Positions 19,103-28,847 of a stretch of DNA of 64,000 bases are shown one piece after another. The stretch is from positions 1,664,001-1,728,000 of the forward strand of contig OZ242326.1 of the NCBI GenBank assembly GCA_965208325.1. The letters run 5' to 3'. A program made the position numbers and the translations under genes. The notes below the pieces were generated by a model, which saw nothing but the letters and a program-made list of their open reading frames with translations, did no database searches and was not told the DNA's origin. The stretch is from Candidatus Poribacteria bacterium. GTDB taxonomy: Bacteria; Poribacteria; WGA-4E; PCPOR2b. Within the stretch, counting starts at the first letter, position 1. Every line of letters begins with the position of its first letter.

Positions 19103-19591
19103 CTAATCACTCTCCGCCGCTTTTTCACGGATTGACTTAATCAAATCTGTAGTCGATTTGCCCGGCACCTGCAATCCGAGGACTACCTTTCCACCGTTCG
19201 CTTCGACCACCTGTCTTTCAACGACTTCCTCTATCGCATAGTTTCCACCCTTAACGTGAATGTTCGGTTTGAGTACGGCTAGCAGCGCGATCGGATCCAA
19301 TTCTGAGAAAACCGTAACGTAATCAACGCATTCTAAGCCTGCCACGATTTCAGCGCGTTCATCCGCCGGCTGAATCGGACGATTTCTCCCTTTTAACGCC
19401 CGAACTGACGCATCGCTATTGATCCCGACAACAAGCATATCCCCAAGTTCGCGTGCAAGCTGCAAATAGCGAAGGTGGCCGACGTGCAATACGTCGAAAC
19501 AGCCGTTCGTCGTTACGACGGTTTTACCGCAAACCTTTGCCTGATTAATAGCGCTTGCGAGTTGTTCGCGGGACTGGATTTTCTTAGACAT
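19103..19591 (-). CDS. rfaE2: D-glycero-beta-D-manno-heptose 1-phosphate adenylyltransferase (HldE domain II)
   Basis: TNGCFDVLHVGHLRYL, VVGINSDASV..LKG.NRPI, VKGG.Y, STT. Confidence 0.94.
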   Translation of the reverse strand: MSKKIQSREQLASAINQAKVCGKTVVTTNGCFDVLHVGHLRYLQLARELGDMLVVGINSDASVRALKGRNRPIQPADERAEIVAGLECVDYVTVFSELDPIALLAVLKPNIHVKGGNYAIEEVVERQVVEANGGKVVLGLQVPGKSTTDLIKSIREKAAESD

Positions 19592-19653
19592 GGCTGTGCC
19601 CTCAACCATTGGATAAACGCAAAATTAAATTATGTGAGGCATTTGGCGCTGAT

Positions 19654-20442
19654 TTAGAATATCTCAAAGGCGTCATTCTTTAACCATCCAGACTTACCAT
19701 CCCACCGTTGGATTTTTGACCACTCCTGTTGACGCTCTTTCACACGAATGACTGCCCCTTCGTACAGTGTAAAATGTGAAGTGGCATCCCCAGACGGCTC
19801 AAATCTGATCGGGGCAACTTCAGAGATAATGACGGCTTTTCGTTGAAATTGCGTATCGTAGAGCTCAAGCGATAGTGAGATTAACGAAAAGAACAGAAGG
19901 CAACCAAGAACCGCAGCGCTATAGGAAAAACTTCTGCGCAGCCGCTTTAGAGGTATACTTAGGGTTAAAACCGCCATCAAACCGAGGTAGAGCAAGAACA
20001 CGGCAATTGTCAACTCATCCGTATTCAGGAGGCGCTTCAGTACGAAAACCTTGTGCGGCAACCCTTCGTTAGATTTCGGCGTTGGATTGCTTTCGTCCAA
20101 TGAAAGTGCATAGTTTAGATTGGACTTTATGTCCGCGTCGCGGGGCAATCGGTGCAACGCCCGCTCATAATTCAGAATTGCCTTCCCACGGTTCCCAATC
20201 TTAAAGTAGGCGTTTGCAAGGTTGTAATATAGATGTCCATCTTTAAACTCCATCGAAACTAACTGTTCATAGGCTTTGATGGCTTCAGTATACCGCTCGT
20301 CCTTGAAATAACCATTCCCTTGGAAAAAGAGCGTGTTTGGTTGGTTCAGCTGCTCCGCTATACTTACATTGAGAACCAAGAGAAAATAGATGATGATGAA
20401 AATAACGCAATTAAATTTTTGAATTTTATGGCAATTGACCAT
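19654..20442 (-). CDS. batE: BatE-like TPR + SH3b membrane protein
   Basis: TPRs (YYNLANAYFK...AILNYERAL..LPRD.DI..NL), two TMs, C-terminal SH3b (WSKI...DGKSGW), bat operon context. Confidence 0.8.
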   Translation of the reverse strand: MVNCHKIQKFNCVIFIIIYFLLVLNVSIAEQLNQPNTLFFQGNGYFKDERYTEAIKAYEQLVSMEFKDGHLYYNLANAYFKIGNRGKAILNYERALHRLPRDADIKSNLNYALSLDESNPTPKSNEGLPHKVFVLKRLLNTDELTIAVFLLYLGLMAVLTLSIPLKRLRRSFSYSAAVLGCLLFFSLISLSLELYDTQFQRKAVIISEVAPIRFEPSGDATSHFTLYEGAVIRVKERQQEWSKIQRWDGKSGWLKNDAFEIF

Positions 20443-20535
20443 GGCCAGCGCTTCGACTTAATAATAAACCATTGTGAAACTGGCAATTTTTCCAGTATGT
20501 ACCACGGACAACAACTTACAGTATGGTGGGTACCT

Positions 20536-22362
20536 TTACGTTGAACGCTCTGACAAGAGAGTCATGGCTTCTTCGGTTAACGTCAACAAGCGCTGCATTT
20601 GCTCCTGGCTGATTTCCTCGGAGGCGTATCTGACGCTGTCGCAGGATTCAAAAAGGGCCCGTAGTTTCTCCAGCGCATCTTCCGTGACGCCGTATTTCCG
20701 TAACTCTTCCACAACCTCGCTAGTAATTCCCGCTGCGGGGTACGCGAATAAATCGCCGATGTATTCCTGCATTGATCTGAAAATAACGTCGCAAAACGCG
20801 CCGGTTTGGCCAGCACCCGCGAGTTTTCTTGCAGCATCAAGCCCCTTCTTGGCTTTCCGCGGCGCTTGTCTCCGTCGAGCATAGATGATGTCGCCGGTCA
20901 GCTTGTCTTTGCGTTTCTGGTAGATGAGCACACAGACGAATGCGATGAGCGGCAAGGTTTGCGCAAAGAGGAAAAGACTATTTTGATAGAGATAGGTATT
21001 CCCCCGCTGAACGCCTTTCATCGAATCCTTGATGTACAAGATGTCCCGACCCAATTTCTCTCGCTTAACCGTTTTTTCAGCTCCGGGCAGGTCGACAATC
21101 TTTAACCCCTCTTCACCTGCTATTGCTGTTACGTGTATCGGAATCTCTCCCTTTTTTATGGTATGGTATTTTTCACGTTCGGGGTCAAAATAACTGAATC
21201 GAATCTCTGGTATGGCTTCGATGCTCTCATCTTCTGGAATAAGCACCTGCTCGAAACTTTTTCCGTGTTCGCCAGTCTTGATTTGCGGATCATAGGTTTT
21301 GAATGGATCCAAGCCGTATATCTGCGGCAATGAGACAGTTTCAATGTTGCCTCTGCCTGTGACATGCATTGTCAGCGTAATTGGTTCCCCGACTTTGACC
21401 TCCCTCGGTTTGGCTTCAACTTGAAGGGTGTATTGTCCTACAGCGCCTGAAAAGTCACGCGGTTTACCATCTTGTGGATGGGCTCGCACCGTAATTCTCA
21501 GCGGTTCGGATTTCAAAACAATTGCGCGCTTTTCTGCTCGGCCAAAGAAATCATCGAAGGACGACTGATTGAAAAACATCTCATCGTCAAATAATGAATT
21601 CCGCCTTCGACTTTGTTCTTTTAAAACTAGGCTGTATTTAAGTTGGGCAGGGCCAAGCGTCAATTGTCCTGTTGAGACAGGATAGACGACGGTTTCGAAG
21701 TTGAGGCAGTAAAAACGGACACCATCAATGACTTCCTCTGTGCGGGACGGCTCAGTAAATCCCCTCACGGAAAACGCACTGGCTAAAAGGGTAGGATACT
21801 CAATTTCTCGGACTTCGATTTGGCGATGATAGAGTTTAATGGTGATTGGGAACGCTTCGTTAAGGTAGACTCTCTCTTTTGCAGCAGTCAGCGTGAGATA
21901 GATGTGATCTTTCAACTCATCACCTTGGGGGTCTCCGTTTTTCCGCTCAGCCGCCCCGCGTTTGATTATCTCCACTGTTATCGGCTCGGTCCGGTAATTC
22001 TTCCCCTTATACGTCACCTCAATTGAATTGATTGTATATTTGCCGACCTTCAGCGCCGTCAGCCCGTATCTATGCTTTATTGACGCAGAAATTTGTCCGT
22101 TGACAATTGATATTTGCGAGTTCGGCCCCTGATATCGGGATTGAAATCCTTCCATATCGGGCAATTCCGGCGCGTTTATAGATTGTATGCCATCTACCTC
22201 TACGGTGAGTTGAATTTTACCCCCAACGGGCACAATTTTTCTATCCACCGATGCTGAAACAGCGATCTGTTCGGCGATAGCCGTTGGGTTTTGTAGAAAG
22301 GGTGTTCCAATGAAGAAAACGGTAAGAAACCGTAGCAAATTGTATTTGTAGTTTGTTTTCAT
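20536..22362 (-). CDS. batD: BatD family protein
   Basis: SASVDR, ISIVNG, P.DFSGAVGQY, VGEPITL, FSYFDP, C-terminal TM. Confidence 0.88.
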   Translation of the reverse strand: MKTNYKYNLLRFLTVFFIGTPFLQNPTAIAEQIAVSASVDRKIVPVGGKIQLTVEVDGIQSINAPELPDMEGFQSRYQGPNSQISIVNGQISASIKHRYGLTALKVGKYTINSIEVTYKGKNYRTEPITVEIIKRGAAERKNGDPQGDELKDHIYLTLTAAKERVYLNEAFPITIKLYHRQIEVREIEYPTLLASAFSVRGFTEPSRTEEVIDGVRFYCLNFETVVYPVSTGQLTLGPAQLKYSLVLKEQSRRRNSLFDDEMFFNQSSFDDFFGRAEKRAIVLKSEPLRITVRAHPQDGKPRDFSGAVGQYTLQVEAKPREVKVGEPITLTMHVTGRGNIETVSLPQIYGLDPFKTYDPQIKTGEHGKSFEQVLIPEDESIEAIPEIRFSYFDPEREKYHTIKKGEIPIHVTAIAGEEGLKIVDLPGAEKTVKREKLGRDILYIKDSMKGVQRGNTYLYQNSLFLFAQTLPLIAFVCVLIYQKRKDKLTGDIIYARRRQAPRKAKKGLDAARKLAGAGQTGAFCDVIFRSMQEYIGDLFAYPAAGITSEVVEELRKYGVTEDALEKLRALFESCDSVRYASEEISQEQMQRLLTLTEEAMTLLSERST

Positions 22363-22428
22363 TGTCTAATCGTCAAAACGTTATTGAGCTAGTTCAAAAA
22401 CTAAACGTGTATCTACGCACACTTCACA

Positions 22429-23235
22429 CTACCAATCTTTGAAATTTTCAGGGTAACTGGTACCTTGTCTGCGGCGTCGGATGAGTTGCTGCTGTTCTTC
22501 ATCTTTCAAAGCATCTAATAGTTTAAACGCCTCCGCTTTTGTCATCTCGCCATTTTCTTCGGAGGATTGCGGGGACGTGTTCTGTTCGCTATCCTTTTGT
22601 TCCGGAATTTCTTGTTGGTTATCTTGTTTTTGTTGTTGCTCCTCCGGCGATTCAGCGTCTTGCGGCTCATCCTGCTGAGAATTTTCCTTTTTCTCGTCTT
22701 GTTTCTCCTCATTCTGCCGATCGGAATCTTGGTTTTGTTTTTGGTTCTGGCGCTGCTGCCTATCCTCAAGTTCTTTTATCTTGCGATGGACAACCTCATA
22801 GTTGAATTTGGCATCCATATTTTTTGAATTCAGGCCGATAGCACGTTTATATGACTCCAATGCCTCTCGGTAAAGTGTGATTGCCCCAGCCGCGTCGGAG
22901 TTTTCCATACGCTCTCCTTGTTTATACTTGCAGTTGCCAATACTGAATTGCCCCTTCTCCTCAAGCGCGGGATAATCGGTCGATAGCGATTTTGTATACG
23001 CTTCCACCGCGCGTTCATAATCGCCCTTTTTGTAAGTGGATGCGCCTACGTTATAATGAACGTCAGGAGATTCCGGTAGTTCAACCAGAACATCGGTATA
23101 ACGATCCATGGCTTCGTCGTACTTACCTTCTTTATACAGACGATTTCCGGCTTTGATCTTGTCCGCATTTGGGTTAATCCAGGCGATACACAGGATTGAA
23201 AATAAAAACACAATGACAATCGTTCTTGCTTTCAT
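22429..23235 (-). CDS. batC: BatC-like TPR protein with Q/E/K-rich linker
   Basis: GN.LY..G.Y..A, DAKFNYE, low-complexity Q/E region, ends KDW. Start set at MKARTIV. Confidence 0.82.
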   Translation of the reverse strand: MKARTIVIVFLFSILCIAWINPNADKIKAGNRLYKEGKYDEAMDRYTDVLVELPESPDVHYNVGASTYKKGDYERAVEAYTKSLSTDYPALEEKGQFSIGNCKYKQGERMENSDAAGAITLYREALESYKRAIGLNSKNMDAKFNYEVVHRKIKELEDRQQRQNQKQNQDSDRQNEEKQDEKKENSQQDEPQDAESPEEQQQKQDNQQEIPEQKDSEQNTSPQSSEENGEMTKAEAFKLLDALKDEEQQQLIRRRRQGTSYPENFKDW

Positions 23236-23313
23236 AACTAATTCTTGCCTCTTTTCGGAGGCAAAGACATGCCGCATGCTCCAACAGATACAGAAAGGTC
23301 CATGTTTTTGCAC

Positions 23314-24330
23314 TCAAACAAGTTCATTCACTTGCCTCCTCCTATCGCCGATGCACACTTCGGTGACAATCAAAATGAACGCCGCTAATAAAGGTATCTG
23401 AAACCGATCCTCATAGCGTTTCTGCATTTGACTTTCCAACGCTGTCTTGTCCATTTCAGCGATTTTCTCTTCGTAGATTACATCTAACCCAAAGTTTGCG
23501 CCTGCCGCTTTAACGTAGCTGCCGCCGGTCGTCAGCGCAATTTTCTGTAAGGCAACCTCATCGAGTTTTGATTTCACAACCTGCCCACGCCGGTCTTTGA
23601 GGAAAGTTGGGCTTCCGCCTTTGTCGGTAATGGCAATTAGTTCACCTGTTTTTGTACCGATGCCGACACAGTAGATTCTGATATTCGCGTCCGCGGCTTC
23701 TTTGGCGGCTACTACTGCATCACCTTCATGTGATTCGCCATCGGTGATGATAATTAAGGCTTTGTCATTGTCCCCGCTCGTACCAAACGCCTCCATCGCT
23801 TTTTCAATCGCGTCAGCGATGTTCGTGCCGCCGCGCGGAATGACAGCGGTGTTGATACGGTTTAACGTCAGTGCGCATGCGCCGTAATCAAACGTGAGCG
23901 GGCACTGCACAAACGCCGTGCCGGCGAAGGCAATTAACCCGACTCTGTCGCCTTTCAACAGATTGAGCAGGTCTTTTACCGCCAATTTTGCCCTTTCCAA
24001 CCGGTTGGGCTTAACATCCGCTGTCAGCATACTTCTTGAGGTGTCAATTGCAACCATAATGTCAACCCCGCGCCGTTTGACCTCCTGCCAACGGAATCCC
24101 CATTTCGGGCCAATTAACGCTAAGACTAAAAAGAATATGGCTAGAACCGTGAGTAACGCTTTGACCTTCTGCTTAGAAACGCTGACAGACGAAGTCAAAA
24201 TCGGAATCAGATGGGCTTCAGCGAACGCTTCAAGCGTCCGCCGCTTACGGCGAAACACCCAGGCGTAAAACAGCATTATAGCCGGAATTAACCAGAATAG
24301 ATGTATGTATTGCAGGTTGCCGAACTTCAT
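23314..24330 (-). CDS. batB: BatB-like VWA protein
   Basis: AIDTSRSM..D.KPNRL, DRVGLIAFAG.A...CPLT.D, ITDGESH. Confidence 0.88.
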   Translation of the reverse strand: MKFGNLQYIHLFWLIPAIMLFYAWVFRRKRRTLEAFAEAHLIPILTSSVSVSKQKVKALLTVLAIFFLVLALIGPKWGFRWQEVKRRGVDIMVAIDTSRSMLTADVKPNRLERAKLAVKDLLNLLKGDRVGLIAFAGTAFVQCPLTFDYGACALTLNRINTAVIPRGGTNIADAIEKAMEAFGTSGDNDKALIIITDGESHEGDAVVAAKEAADANIRIYCVGIGTKTGELIAITDKGGSPTFLKDRRGQVVKSKLDEVALQKIALTTGGSYVKAAGANFGLDVIYEEKIAEMDKTALESQMQKRYEDRFQIPLLAAFILIVTEVCIGDRRRQVNELV

Positions 24331-24404
24331 AGCCGATCGGATTGAAAATCGTTTCCGCGCCAAGCAGGTTCAGGAAATGTGACCATTCAATCCACGTTGT
24401 CTTT

Positions 24405-25400
24405 CTAGGGTAATCTCCTCAATCGTGTATTTGCCAGTCCAATCTCGGTTAGGAAACAGAGCAACGCCGGCATTAGAAAGAACGGGTAAAATTCTTTGTA
24501 TTCGAGATATTGGGGCGTTTCAAACTCAGTTTTCTCCATCTTATCAATTTCATCGTATACCTGAAGCAGGTTGGCGGTATCCGTGGCGCGGAAATATCTA
24601 CCGCCCGTCTCTTGAGCAATTCGGGTCAACGATTCATCGTCTATTTCTATCTTTACCGGCTGATAGGTCTCGTTGCCGAATAGTCCGCGAGTCGGGAAAG
24701 GCGCCATTCCCTTTGTGCCTGCACCAATTGTATAGATTTTGACCCCAAGGGTTTTCGCAAGATTCGCGGCGGTTTCAGGGGAGATTCGTCCCGCGTTGCT
24801 GCGTCCGTCGGTTAATAGGACAATCACTTTGCTGTCCGCGGAGGATTCACGCAGCCGGTTCGTTCCTGTGGCAATTGCCGTACCAATAGCTGTACCTTCC
24901 TCAAGCATCCCAATTTGTGCCCTGTCGAGGTTCTTAATCAGCCAACCGTAGTCGAGTGTTAATGGACACAGCGTGTACGGGCGTCCGGCGAAAACCACAA
25001 TTCCAATCCTATCGTTACTCCGACCCACGATAAATTCTTTGACAACTTCCTTGACGACATGGAGGCGGTTGTATCTTTGTCCCGAAATCTGAAAATCCTG
25101 CGCCCGCATGCTCGTAGATACGTCAATAACAAGCACGATGTCAATTCCCTCTCCCGTTAATTTGCTCTCCTCAACCCCTTTCTGTGGACGGGCGAGTCCG
25201 AACGCAATCAGCAAAATGGCGATGCATCTCAGAAACAGCAGTCCTTCACGTCCCCTATTCGTCCAACTCGGCTGAATTGCCTGAATACTCCCGATTGACG
25301 AGAACCTCAAGCTCCCGCGCCGCGCTCCCTTAAAATGGAAATAAATTAACAACGGGATTGCCGTGAGAGTCAGAAAGGCGAACGGTTCTTCAAAAGTCAT
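24405..25400 (-). CDS. batA: BatA-like VWA protein
   Basis: LARPQ, IDVSTSM.A.D, DRIGIVVFAG, GTAIG, LLTDG..NAG.I.P, TGGRYFRA. Confidence 0.9.
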   Translation of the reverse strand: MTFEEPFAFLTLTAIPLLIYFHFKGARRGSLRFSSIGSIQAIQPSWTNRGREGLLFLRCIAILLIAFGLARPQKGVEESKLTGEGIDIVLVIDVSTSMRAQDFQISGQRYNRLHVVKEVVKEFIVGRSNDRIGIVVFAGRPYTLCPLTLDYGWLIKNLDRAQIGMLEEGTAIGTAIATGTNRLRESSADSKVIVLLTDGRSNAGRISPETAANLAKTLGVKIYTIGAGTKGMAPFPTRGLFGNETYQPVKIEIDDESLTRIAQETGGRYFRATDTANLLQVYDEIDKMEKTEFETPQYLEYKEFYPFFLMPALLCFLTEIGLANTRLRRLP

Positions 25401-25496
25401 CGATTACCATAAACATAGCGGTCAGGCGAGTTGAATTTGCGCGCGACAGTTCATTGTTTGGCGGCGTTAGCGGCTCAACCCGACCTACAATACTTC

Positions 25497-26471
25497 CTAA
25501 AGCGCAGTTTCAACAGGAGCGCTTTCACGGACAAACTGCGTAGCAGATTCATACGCGGATTTCATCTCCGCCACATCGGGCCCGTATCGAGCGAACTTTA
25601 CAAGATCGCAGCGTGCGAGAAAGCGGCTCAACAATTTTTTATGTTCATCTTTCAGACCACTGTCCTTTGCTGCCGCAGCCAAAAATTCCTCGGTCGTCAT
25701 TTCCGGCGCTCGCAACCCAAAACGGTTTTCCAGATATTTTCGAACCGTATTTGACAGCATGACATAGTATTCTTCGATGCGTCCCGCCTCAATAAGCCGC
25801 AAAGCCATGAGTGATTCCAGTTGTTCGTAAGCAATAACGTGCGGAGGTTTTTTGACGGTTTCTTCTTGAAGTGTTTTTCGCCTTCTCAACCACAGAAACG
25901 CCGCGGCACCGCCTACGATAACCAACATCCCCGCGACAATGCCGATAAGGAGCGGTGTATTGTTCACAGGAAGTTCCACGGGACCGGGAATGTCTTTTAT
26001 GTCTTGCGGTTCTTCGTCATCCGGCAGTACGCTCTTGACTTCAACGGTTACCGCCTCCGCCTCAATTTCAAATTTTCCCCCTGCCGCGTCCGTATAGAAC
26101 ACAACCGGTGCGGGAATAGTGTGGCTTCCGGTCGTAAAAGAATCTAACGTATAACGCCGCTGATATACCACCCGTCCTTCGCGCTTCCGAGGTTCGGCTT
26201 CGGCAACGTCTACAATGTCGAAACTGCCTATATTTTCACTAAACTGCGGAATTTTCACCGTGAACTCCGGATCAGCATCAACGGTGATGGTGTAAACGAA
26301 CTTATCACCGATATACACCGTAGCGCGACTAACCTGGGTCATGACGGATATCGGTTCTCCGTTGTGCTCTTGCGCTAAAACAGGCGCTCTAGGTGACAAT
26401 ATGTATAGTAAGAGCGCGATGGTCAAAACTATTTCAATTTGACGACAAAGTGGGTTACCATCTCGAGACAT
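25497..26471 (-). CDS. Bat-operon membrane protein (Ig-like domain + TM + helical tail)
   Basis: IKDI..P, TM, PPH..A...L..L, YY..LS..VR.YLE.RF...APEMTTEEF, DLVKFA. Start uncertain. Confidence 0.8.
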   Translation of the reverse strand: MSRDGNPLCRQIEIVLTIALLLYILSPRAPVLAQEHNGEPISVMTQVSRATVYIGDKFVYTITVDADPEFTVKIPQFSENIGSFDIVDVAEAEPRKREGRVVYQRRYTLDSFTTGSHTIPAPVVFYTDAAGGKFEIEAEAVTVEVKSVLPDDEEPQDIKDIPGPVELPVNNTPLLIGIVAGMLVIVGGAAAFLWLRRRKTLQEETVKKPPHVIAYEQLESLMALRLIEAGRIEEYYVMLSNTVRKYLENRFGLRAPEMTTEEFLAAAAKDSGLKDEHKKLLSRFLARCDLVKFARYGPDVAEMKSAYESATQFVRESAPVETAL

Positions 26472-26718
26472 TGCGGATTTCTGTTGTATTTTGTATTTTT
26501 TGGCGACGTATCCGTTCGTTGTCCTGTTCAATAGGTGTTTGACCGCGGTGCTATAATTTGTCGTTGTCGAGGGCGTGTGGGCACGCTACTGCCGCCGATT
26601 CCACAACCGCCTGCCTTAATGTAACGGCAGGTCTCGTGCCTGCCCAAAATTCGCCGAACTCGGATCCCTTCAATTTGTCATAAGTCGACAGAACCTAGTA
26701 CGGTTCGCTGATTCTCGC

Positions 26719-27594
26719 TCAATGCCGGCGCTCGCGCATACGAAAGAATTTCAAAAGCGGTTCAATATAAGGTTTATCCGTAAAGACATTTATCGTATCG
26801 ACATTTGCCGAACGCAGCATGCGCGATTTCTGTTGCGCTTTCTCTGACGCTAGGCGCTGGAACGCTTCTCGAACGCGCCGAACCTTTGTGTCAATTTGGA
26901 TTTTCTCACCCGTTTCCGCATCTTCTAGCTCAAGGATTCCTACGTTGGGCAATTCCAACTCTCTTGGGTCCGTGATTGTGAGCGCGATGACGTCGTGCCG
27001 CCTGTTTGCAATTTGTAAAGGCCGTTCGTAGTCCGCCGCCAAAAAGTCGGAGATGAGAAATGCGACCGTCCGGCGAATAGTAACGCGATTCAGGTATTCC
27101 AGTGCGGCGGCGATGTCCGTGCCTCGTCCGTCGGGTTCAAATGAAAGCGCCTCGCTGATGACGCGCAACACGTGGCGCCGCCCTTTTTGAGGCGGCACAT
27201 ACTTTTCGATTCTGTCTGTGAAAATGATTAACCCGACTTTATCGTTGTTCTTGATGGCGGAGAACGCTAAAACGGCGCAGAGTTCGGCGGAAAGTTCACC
27301 CTTGCGTTGCTTAACCGATCCGAATGTTGTCGATGCGCTCGCATCTAGGAGAAGCATCACGGTCAATTCACGTTCCTCGACGTACTTTTTAAGGAACGGG
27401 CGGCCCATCCGAGCGGTTACGTTCCAATCAATCGAGCGTATCTCGTCGCCCGGCTGGTACTCGCGCACCTCTTCAAACTCCATACCCTGCCCTTTAAATA
27501 CGCTTTCATATTGGCCGCCTAGGACATCGTTCACCATATGACTGGTGCGAATATCAATACGCCGAATTTTTTTGAGTACATCGTCAGGTATCAT
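26719..27594 (-). CDS. DUF58 (VWA-like) protein
   Basis: G.Y.S.FKG.GMEF.EVREY.PGD..R.IDWNVTAR, EERELTV.LLLD.S.S, ISDF. Start set at MIPDDVL. Confidence 0.93.
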   Translation of the reverse strand: MIPDDVLKKIRRIDIRTSHMVNDVLGGQYESVFKGQGMEFEEVREYQPGDEIRSIDWNVTARMGRPFLKKYVEERELTVMLLLDASASTTFGSVKQRKGELSAELCAVLAFSAIKNNDKVGLIIFTDRIEKYVPPQKGRRHVLRVISEALSFEPDGRGTDIAAALEYLNRVTIRRTVAFLISDFLAADYERPLQIANRRHDVIALTITDPRELELPNVGILELEDAETGEKIQIDTKVRRVREAFQRLASEKAQQKSRMLRSANVDTINVFTDKPYIEPLLKFFRMRERRH

Positions 27595-27650
27595 GTTGAT
27601 TTTGTAACGCAGGAATTTCTGAAATCTACCGCCAATCTTACCTTTCCACC

Positions 27651-28514
27651 CTATGTTTCCTCCTGTCCTTGCAGCGCCCGAAAATAGATTACCGTCGCGG
27701 CAAGAACAATTCCCATCAGCAGGAAAGAGAGTGCGGAACCGAAAGGCCAATCGCGGGCTGTTTTGAACTGGCGTTCAATGACATTGCCGATGTAATCGAC
27801 CTTGCCGCCGCCGAGCAGATCGGGCGTAATAAACGCACCGACCGTTGGAATAAATACCAACACCGAACCGGCAGCAATCCCAGGTATACTTAACGGCAAC
27901 GTTACATTGACAAACGCCTTCCAGCGGTTTGCACCGAGGTCTTTCGCCGCATCAATCAACGTGCGGTCAAACTTCTCTAATGAGGCATACAGCGGCAATA
28001 TCATGAACGGCAAATATCCATAAATCAGCCCAATCAGCACTGCGATAGGAGTATTGAGCAACTCTACCGTCGGAGCATTCGGAAAGACTGACCCCAAAAT
28101 TGCATTCAACACGCCTTCCGTGCGCAAAATCAATATCCAAGCGTAGGTGCGAATGAGAAAGTTTGTCCAGAAGGGCACAACAACGAGCAACAAAAGAAGA
28201 TTGCGTCCTCGAGGCCGATAGCGTGCCAGATAGTAGGCAAACGGATAGCCGATGAGCAGGCAAGCCCCCGTCGATATGATGCCCGTTAGGATTGAACGCC
28301 AGAGAATACCGAGGTACAGCGGATCAAGCGACTGCCCGTAATTTTTTAGGGTGAAGTGCCACTGGATGCCGCCATAGGTGCCGCGCTCTGCAAAACTATA
28401 GACGAATATTGCAGCGATGGGGATTAGAAAGAAGACAATGAGCCAAAATAGGGCGGGGAAAAGGAGAACTAGCCATTGATGTTTTCGAAAGGGTTGGGTG
28501 AGTTTAGAAAGCAT
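27651..28514 (-). CDS. potB: Spermidine/putrescine-type ABC permease (PotB-like)
   Basis: PFWTNFLIRTYAW..IL...G..N, Y.YLPFMILPLYA, AAKDLGA, FITPDLLGG, DWPFGSA. Confidence 0.88.
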   Translation of the reverse strand: MLSKLTQPFRKHQWLVLLFPALFWLIVFFLIPIAAIFVYSFAERGTYGGIQWHFTLKNYGQSLDPLYLGILWRSILTGIISTGACLLIGYPFAYYLARYRPRGRNLLLLLVVVPFWTNFLIRTYAWILILRTEGVLNAILGSVFPNAPTVELLNTPIAVLIGLIYGYLPFMILPLYASLEKFDRTLIDAAKDLGANRWKAFVNVTLPLSIPGIAAGSVLVFIPTVGAFITPDLLGGGKVDYIGNVIERQFKTARDWPFGSALSFLLMGIVLAATVIYFRALQGQEET

Positions 28515-28847
28515 CCCTTGCAGGCCGCGTTACATTTGGGATGGTTTATCTTCCCATATTTTATAGATTCTTGCGCCGGGACTACGATGGCCGCCTCCGG
28601 CAGCGTCGCCGTGCTTGGATCGACATTTTTCGGGTATTCTGTGCCGTGTGCGGCAACCAACTCATCAACGTTGCGTCATCAACACGCTCAAATTCTTCCC
28701 GGGGCGATACAGAACCACAACTCGACAACAGCCGCAAATAAGAAGGACAACCGCCGGCGGTTGAATTGGTAACTGTCTAGGCGGTAGTTGCAATCCGGAC
28801 GTGGAAGTATGACACTTATACTTTCAGCAGGATTGCGGCCTTTCATG

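Noticed and set aside
28469..28772. Small ORFs between potB and moeB
   Set aside because: No RBS or motifs, and several mutually overlapping frames.
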